A stretch of 6,540 nucleotides of DNA from Thecamonas trahens ATCC 50062. Its lineage: Eukaryota; Protista; Apusomonadida. The stretch is from the NCBI RefSeq assembly GCF_000142905.1, contig NW_013657576.1, positions 1 to 6,540 of the forward strand. The letters are read 5' to 3'. The notes under the pieces were generated by a model, which was given only the letters and a program-made list of their open reading frames with translations, was not told where the DNA came from and did not search any database. The position numbers and the translations under genes are program-made. How positions within the stretch are numbered: position 1 is the stretch's first letter; each line of letters starts with the position of its first letter. Of the stretch, positions 1-6,400 are shown one piece after another.

Positions 1-24
1 CCAAAAAAGTACAACACACAATCA

Positions 25-64
25 CCCCCCTCCACCTCCCTCCACCCACCCCCACCCCTCCCCC
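25..64 (-). other. G-rich tract, potential G-quadruplex, in the 3' flank
   Basis: Minus strand reads GGGGG A GGGG T GGGGG T GGG TGGA GGG AGGTGGA GGGGGG: six runs of at least 3 G, the first four separated by single-base loops. Confidence 0.65.
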
Positions 65-125
65 ACAGAAAACACTCGATTGTCACCCGTCAATCGATCC
101 ATATGAAACATCACAATCGTTTCCT

Positions 126-131
126 TTTATA
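126..131 (-). promoter_or_regulatory. Possible polyadenylation signal variant (TATAAA)
   Basis: TATAAA lies about 17 nt after the stop on the coding strand, in the only AT-rich part of the window. A GU/U-rich element (TTGTGTGTTGTACTTTTTT) follows at about 3-21. Short motif, weak evidence. Confidence 0.25.
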
Positions 132-147
132 CCTAGCTCATCTCGGC

Positions 148-3100
148 TCAGCTACTGCTACTGCTACTGCTGCTGCTGCTGCTGGTCGACGACGAGCTTG
201 ACATACTCAGCGCAAGCAACGAACCCGCCTGTGCAGCGCCGCCCATCGAGATCTCAGAATGATAAGGACTGGCACCTGCAGCCGCCCATCCAAAGCCGGA
301 GACTTCGTGTGGGGCCGGATCGCTCCCGATCCCACCCAAGGTGGGGAGAGATAGGCAAGCTTCTGCCCGACCACTGCCGATCGGCGAGAGAACGCCCCGG
401 CTGGCTTCGACCGACGACAGCGCAAGCTCATTGCCGCTGCCGAGCGTCTCCCACGCCACGCCTTCAACCATCACCGTGCCCATCTCCACGCTTGCGCTCC
501 GCGGCCTCTCGCCAGACGCACTCGCAAGCGCCGTCGCAAACCCGCCGGCCACAAAGTACTCCGCGTCCTCGATCGCCTTCTCGCTCCGCTGCATCCGCCA
601 CAAATCGTACCCGTTGCCGCCGACGAGCGCAATCAGAATCACCACCACCCATGTCGAGACCCACGCCATCCGAAGCGGTGCGTCCTTGAGTGTTCCTCCG
701 TACAACGCAAGAGTGGTGGCGGCAAGAACAAGCATCGCCAGCCGATTGTGGAAGTCCGACGCATACGGCCGGACGTACACGAGATGGCCCAGCGCAACTG
801 CAAGTGCACAAACGCCCATGCTTGCCTTGCCCTCGTCGGTAAACATGAAAGTCATGCAGAGGACCAGGCCCGCCTTGCGCGCCATGATCGCCGTCTCGAA
901 CCACCATCCGCTCTCGCTGAACCGTCCCACAAGGAACCCATACCTGNNNNNNNNNNNNNNNNNNNNNNNNNNNNNNNNNNNNNNNNNNNNNNNNNNNNNN
1001 NNNNNNNNNNNNNNNNNNNNNNNNNNNNNNNNNNNNNNNNNNNNNNNNNNNNNNNNNNNNNNNNNNNNNNNNNNNNNNNNNNNNNNNNNNNNNNNNNNNN
1101 NNNNNNNNNNNNNNNNNNNNNNNNNNNNNNNNNNNNNNNNNNNNNNNNNNNNNNNNNNNNNNNNNNNNNNNNNNNNNNNNNNNNNNNNNNNNNNNNNNNN
1201 NNNNNNNNNNNNNNNNNNNNNNNNNNNNNNNNNNNNNNNNNNNNNNNNNNNCCAGCCCACGCCCTGGGCGATGAGCAGCCCGTACACCGTTGCCGCCCCG
1301 CAGATCGCCAAAGCCACAAACACAGGCAGGATGAGCGTGAGCGCCCACTTGAGCACCCATACGTCCGCCCCGCGAACCAGCGAGCACTCGGGACTCGTCA
1401 GCTCCACGTCCAGGTTCACCGCAGACGCAATGTCAAAGTACACCCGAGCCACAGGGCCCCACTCAAAGTCGAGCCGCCCGTAGATCGCGCTCATCTGCAA
1501 CCCGTTGAGCCCAATCATCGCCGCAGCAAACTTGTATCGCAGACCCTCCGTCAAGTTGAACGCCAGCAGCACGCCGGTGACCACCAGCGCTCCAATCAGT
1601 AGCGCTACCGTCACCATCGCGTTGGCCACCGGTCGGCACTTGCGGCACCGCCCGCCGAGCGCAAAGTAGCCATCCGCACACTGGGCGCACAGCCGCGCAG
1701 TGTATCCCGCCGCACATTGCCCGCTCCCGAGACATGCCTCGCTCGCCGGACACGCCACAAACACCGCTTCGCTGTCCGCGTCAGGGAAGAAGCCGGGCGC
1801 CGCACGCGGGCTGTCCAGCCCGCCATCGCACACGCCGCCGCGCGGGCACGCATCGCATGCCACTCCACTCCGTCCGGTTCGCGACCAGAACCCAGGCTTG
1901 CATACGCAGTCGTCAACCCCGCTGCCGCTCGTCACGTTGATCGCACCGCTTCCTGCAAGTCGCTGCGTGTTGAGTGGGCAGCTCGGCACCGCCACGCATC
2001 CGTCCAACGACACGCTCGTCGACATCGTGCCCTCCACACACGCCGCGCACACCACAACGTCCACAACCATGTTGCCCGACACTGTGCTCTGCACCGACGC
2101 TCCGGCCCCCATCCCGCACCCGGTCACTTCGAACGCTGCTGCCAATCCGCCCACTGTGTGTCCGCCGCTCCGGCTCGTCACTGCCTCCACCCGCATCGAC
2201 ACCGGCGCAGGGAGCGTCACCGACGATGCCACTGACGCTAGCACAGACACGCTCACGCCTGGCACCGCCGTCACTGCCTGTGACATGGCACTCGTGGTCT
2301 CGCCGCTCACAAGCATCCCGCTCGGTGCGTCTACAACAACCGCCACATCAAGCTCCGGCTCGATGTGCTCGCGCCCGAGCCAGTCAACTCCGACCACCGT
2401 CGCTCGCGGCCCGTCCCCGCTCGTGACCGTGCCGGCCGGCGCCGTCACCCACTCGAGCCGGCTCAGAGGTGCCGCGATGCGGGTCCCCGAGCTGGCTGTC
2501 AGCACCTCAGCTGCTGCATCGCTCGCCACACGCAGCCATGGCACTGTCTCGGGCCCTGCCAGCGACGCCGCCACTCCCTCGGCTGCGCACACAAACACGT
2601 CGTCGCGCCCGGCATTGTCGCGCCACCGTGTCGCTGCTCCGGACACCCCCACGCCCTCGCCGCAAACAGCAAGCCCGTGTCCAAACGTCCCGGCCGTGTT
2701 GCCCGTGATCACGCAGTCGCTGAGCCGGTTCGCCGCAGCGTAGCCCGCCTTGGCTCGCTCGGCATCGCCACTTACAGCCGTCACCTCGGGCACGTCAACC
2801 GAAGCCCGCGCCACCGCCAGTCCGCTCGACACGCTGCTCGCCACAATCGCGAGCCCGCCGCCAGCTGACCCAGCCCGGTTGCCGCGGACAGTCACCCCGT
2901 CGAGATCGGCCTGTGATCCGCCCACAACATGCAATCCGCCGCCGCTACCGATGCCCCCCGCCGTGTTGTCGCTCACCTCGCCGCCGACCATGGCTAGCGT
3001 CGCCCCGCCCGGCCCCACCCACGCCCCGCCGCCGTCGCCGCTTGCTGTGCAGCCGCGGATGACCGTCCCGTCACGCACCTCCAGCCTCGCGCCACTGCTG

Positions 3101-3426
3101 ACAGACACCCCGCCGCCGCGCCCTGCCATGCTGCCGTCGATCACACTCTTTTCGAGCTCGGCCACAGTCCCGCTCCCGCGCACCGCCAAGCTTCCGCCCT
3201 CGCCCGCTGCGCTGTTGTCGGCAAACAGGCTCCCGGTCGCCGCCACCCGTCCACCGCCCGACGCCAGCACCGCTCCGCCCACGCCCACGTCGACCATCAC
3301 CTGGTCGTCACCCGGCTCGCTCGCCCGGCACCCGCGGATCGTAGCGTTGCGCAGCTCGAGCGCCGCACCGTTCCCGTTCACCCGAAGCCCAGGCGTACCA
3401 TGTAGCTCGGCTAGTGCCGTCTCCAT
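148..3426 (-). CDS. Segment 3: beta-helix coils, probable Ig-like domain, Cys-rich stalk, multi-pass membrane domain and cytoplasmic tail
   Basis: 1092-codon frame (102 codons unknown in the gap) with strong G/C third-position bias and coherent domain motifs on both sides of the gap. The ATG at 3426 is probably internal: no signal peptide follows, and beta-helix-like sequence lies upstream. Confidence 0.9.
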   Translation of the reverse strand: METALAELHGTPGLRVNGNGAALELRNATIRGCRASEPGDDQVMVDVGVGGAVLASGGGRVAATGSLFADNSAAGEGGSLAVRGSGTVAELEKSVIDGSMAGRGGGVSVSSGARLEVRDGTVIRGCTASGDGGGAWVGPGGATLAMVGGEVSDNTAGGIGSGGGLHVVGGSQADLDGVTVRGNRAGSAGGGLAIVASSVSSGLAVARASVDVPEVTAVSGDAERAKAGYAAANRLSDCVITGNTAGTFGHGLAVCGEGVGVSGAATRWRDNAGRDDVFVCAAEGVAASLAGPETVPWLRVASDAAAEVLTASSGTRIAAPLSRLEWVTAPAGTVTSGDGPRATVVGVDWLGREHIEPELDVAVVVDAPSGMLVSGETTSAMSQAVTAVPGVSVSVLASVASSVTLPAPVSMRVEAVTSRSGGHTVGGLAAAFEVTGCGMGAGASVQSTVSGNMVVDVVVCAACVEGTMSTSVSLDGCVAVPSCPLNTQRLAGSGAINVTSGSGVDDCVCKPGFWSRTGRSGVACDACPRGGVCDGGLDSPRAAPGFFPDADSEAVFVACPASEACLGSGQCAAGYTARLCAQCADGYFALGGRCRKCRPVANAMVTVALLIGALVVTGVLLAFNLTEGLRYKFAAAMIGLNGLQMSAIYGRLDFEWGPVARVYFDIASAVNLDVELTSPECSLVRGADVWVLKWALTLILPVFVALAICGAATVYGLLIAQGVGWXXXXXXXXXXXXXXXXXXXXXXXXXXXXXXXXXXXXXXXXXXXXXXXXXXXXXXXXXXXXXXXXXXXXXXXXXXXXXXXXXXXXXXXXXXXXXXXXXXXXXXRYGFLVGRFSESGWWFETAIMARKAGLVLCMTFMFTDEGKASMGVCALAVALGHLVYVRPYASDFHNRLAMLVLAATTLALYGGTLKDAPLRMAWVSTWVVVILIALVGGNGYDLWRMQRSEKAIEDAEYFVAGGFATALASASGERPRSASVEMGTVMVEGVAWETLGSGNELALSSVEASRGVLSPIGSGRAEACLSLPTLGGIGSDPAPHEVSGFGWAAAGASPYHSEISMGGAAQAGSLLALSMSSSSSTSSSSSSSSSSS

Positions 3427-6400
3427 CCCCGGCGCACCTCAACGCCATCGAAGCACCAGTCGCCCGACCGTCGCCACGTCGGCTGCGGATGTTCTGCCAC
3501 CGTGAACAGGACCCGGGCCACGCCCAGCTGCAGCGTCGGCGCACTCAAAGATCACCGAGCCAAGGCACTGCCGCACGCAGCACGACCGAATGCGTGAGGA
3601 CAAAATGCGCGTCAGCAACACACGAGTAGACACCTGGCTCGAGCATCAGCGTGTCGGCGACGCACCGCGAGGAGGCGGCGATGTTGGCGGCGACGCAGGC
3701 AAACGAGAAGCGATCCAGCATACACGGCGCTAGCCGTAGATCCAGCGGTCTGGTCTGCGGCGTGTAGACCGTGTCCGCGTCGCGACCGCTCTGCAGGGCA
3801 ACGCGAACACCGCCCGAGCTATAGGTAACGGCGTCGAGTAGTCCGTCGCCGTTGACATCTGCTACTGCTCTCCAGGTGCGAGTTCCACTCACGGCTGCAG
3901 TCATCGCAGACCAGACCAATCCGTCCTTGGTACTGAATACAGTGAAGCTTGCGCTCGAGTACGTGTTGCTGGAGGTAGCAACAACATCGAGCCGTCCATC
4001 GCCGTCGACATCGACAATCCCCACGTAATCCATGGCTTGCCCATAGTTCTGAATGTGCTGAATGCTGAACCCACCACTACAGTTCGACTTCCACCACGTA
4101 AGCATCAGGGGCTTGCCTGGCACTACCTCACCGTTGCCTCCGCTGACAACTAGATCGGTGCAGCCGTTCCCGTCCATATCTCCGCTGGCAGCAGCAAAGC
4201 CACTNNNNNNNNNNNNNNNNNNNNNNNNNNNNNNNNNNNNNNNNNNNNNNNNNNNNNNNNNNNNNNNNNNNNNNNNNNNNNNNNNNNNNNNNNNNNNNNN
4301 NNNNNNNNNNNNNNNNNNNNNNNNNNNNNNNNTCAAGTTTATCAAACTCCTCCCACGTACACCTTAGACGACCCGGTGCCGGTAACAGCTAGCTCGCTTG
4401 CAATCCCGGTACCGGTGTAGAGAAACAATGCTGTGAGACTGTCGCTCGAAGTCAACACATCCGGGCTTCCGTCACGATTCGCATCAACGATCAAGATCTT
4501 GCGGATGCCGGTGAGCGTCGTCAGCGGGCTTGAGATGGCGCGGCCACTTCCGAATCGCCCCCTCCCATCCTGATTGGCATGCCACGCCAGTGCCGCCGCC
4601 GCCACAACCACGTCCAAATCGCCGTCATCGTCCATGTCAGCTACGGCAACGTACGACGCCGTCGTCGTGCTCACCGGTGTCAACGCACCAAACGAGACTT
4701 CGCCGTTGAGGTTAGGAAGCCAGCCGACGACGTCGGGCGTGCGGATCACCGCATCAGTATCGCCGTCGAGGTCGAGATCGGCCAAGACAACATCCAAGAC
4801 CAGCTCATGGTACACATTCGTTCCGCGCGCAAAGCCAACACCTGACATAGGAAGCGCATCAGCCGTCTCAAACCACGTGACGGTACTAGAAGTTGCGACA
4901 AACAAATCATCATCGCCGTCGCCATCCATGTCGACAACCGTCAGCTTTCCGCCGTTGTCCGCAACTTGCTCGACCTCGGCCACTGCGCCGCCGCGGAATG
5001 CATATGTGTTCGACTTGGTGCTGCTGCTCGATGCTGACACTACCAGCCCTCGCGCAGGCGTAATGGCAACGTCAACAGGTACACCCAAAGGCACAGAGAC
5101 CTGCAGGAGCGGTCCAAATCCGCGCGCTCCATCGCCGCGCATCCATCCCCCACCACTGGACGAGACAACACCGATATCATTCGTGCCATCGCCGTCAACG
5201 TCGCCAACCGCGACGCCCACAAGATTCGAGAGAGGCACATCCACCACAGCACTGCTCCAGGTGCCAGCAGCTTCAGCGTACCACACAACAACTGCTTCAT
5301 CGTTCCAAACCAGCACGTCTGGCGCACCAGCTCCATCAACATTGCCGCATACCGCCCCTCGCGCACCAAAGAGCCGAATGGACGAGTCTGGCAACGCAAT
5401 GCCTGAAGAGCCGTTGCCAGGTATCCAGATCACAGTCCCGTTGCTGGTCACGGCCGCAACGCCGGAGCCATCCGGCACTGCACACAGTGCGGCAATGCTC
5501 GCGCTCGTGTCAGACACGTTGGCAAGCGTAGAAATGTTCCACGCCAGCCCGTCGCTCGCTGCCAACACTACCGCGTCTGCGCAGGCAGCAACAATATCAG
5601 CAGAACCGTCGCGGTTGACGTCGACGAGCTCAAGTCCCACCACCGCCCCCGCTCCAGACAGTCCGGCATCCACATGCCGCGGCCCGGCGTAGCTGTTGAT
5701 CGTAAGCGCCTCGACAAGGACCACACTGCCATCTGAAGCAAGGTAGACTACATCGCCGTCGCCGTCGCCGTCCACATCGCCAGCTGCTACAATCGATCCC
5801 GTTGGCGTCACAAACGGCGCTTTCGTTGTAGTACCCACCTGTTGCCGCGGCGTCGTTATCCAGTCGGACACATTCGATGGCGAAACAATCAGTTCCATGG
5901 TGGAATCTAAAGCAACTATAACATCGCGAACGTCGTCGCCATTGATGTCGACTGAGACAAATGACCAGCTGCCGCGGTTGGGTAGCACGTACTCGTGGAC
6001 GTCAAAGTTGCCTGTCCCGTCATTAACAGCCCTCACGAGCCGGGCCTCGGACGATGACTGCCTGTACACGTACTCAATATCCACATCGGTGTCGTTGTCG
6101 AAATCTGCAGCAATAAACCGAGACTCGACGGCGCGGGTCGTGAACGACGGCATCTGTGAAAACGAGGCCCCGTTGTTACGGAACCAAGCTACTCCCCAAT
6201 CCGATCTCGTACCCAGCACCACATCGTCCAGGCCATCCCCATCGATGTCGGCAGCACCCATTGACGACAGAAGCTTAGAAATTGGAAACGCCGTCATCTC
6301 ATCTTGTACACCGCTTGCCCCATACGACCCATAAAGGATGGCATCTGGGGTGGCACCGATGCCGTCTTGATAGTAGATGAGCTCCAGCTGCCCGTCACCA

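Noticed and set aside
947-1251. Frame preservation across the 305-N gap as proof of exact gap size or absence of an intron
   Set aside because: Gap lengths are usually estimates and a frame match has a one-in-three chance, so the content is unknown.
198-1602. Plus-strand ORFs 198-689, 341-1483, 748-1602 and alternative minus frames crossing the gap
   Set aside because: Those crossing the gap are inflated by Ns. All overlap the well-supported membrane domain or tail and have no independent protein-like features.
3439-3441. In-frame TGA just upstream of the 1092-aa ORF as selenocysteine, readthrough or UGA=Trp recoding
   Set aside because: The residues around it (RWR*GAP) fit the repeat worse than the adjacent frame (DGVEVR). 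Trp is encoded by TGG elsewhere, the gene ends in TGA, and the TGA at 4342 is followed directly by TAA.
1700-3505. Long plus-strand ORFs 1700-2743 (347 aa) and 2750-3505 (251 aa)
   Set aside because: They are antisense mirrors of the real minus-strand frame. The Thr/Pro/Ser/Ala-rich translation is what complementing Val/Gly/Ala codons gives in GC-rich DNA, and no domain motifs are present.
3544-3550. CTT TGA G at the end of segment 2, resembling the bacterial prfB +1 frameshift site (CUU UGA C)
   Set aside because: A +1 shift here does enter the downstream frame, but that frame stops again at 3439-3441. The protein-like reading (AVPGSVIFEC) implies the shift occurs earlier, at about 3562, and the locus looks eukaryotic.
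2587-3720. Bacterial Pmp/autotransporter gene
   Set aside because: No C-terminal beta-barrel or terminal aromatic residue. It is followed by a disulfide-rich stalk and alpha-helical TM segments.
4574-6334. Plus-strand ORFs 4574-5692 and 5897-6334 with repeated SPSPSMS/SPSTSP motifs
   Set aside because: The motifs are the reverse complement of the DxDGDG codons, so these are shadow ORFs.
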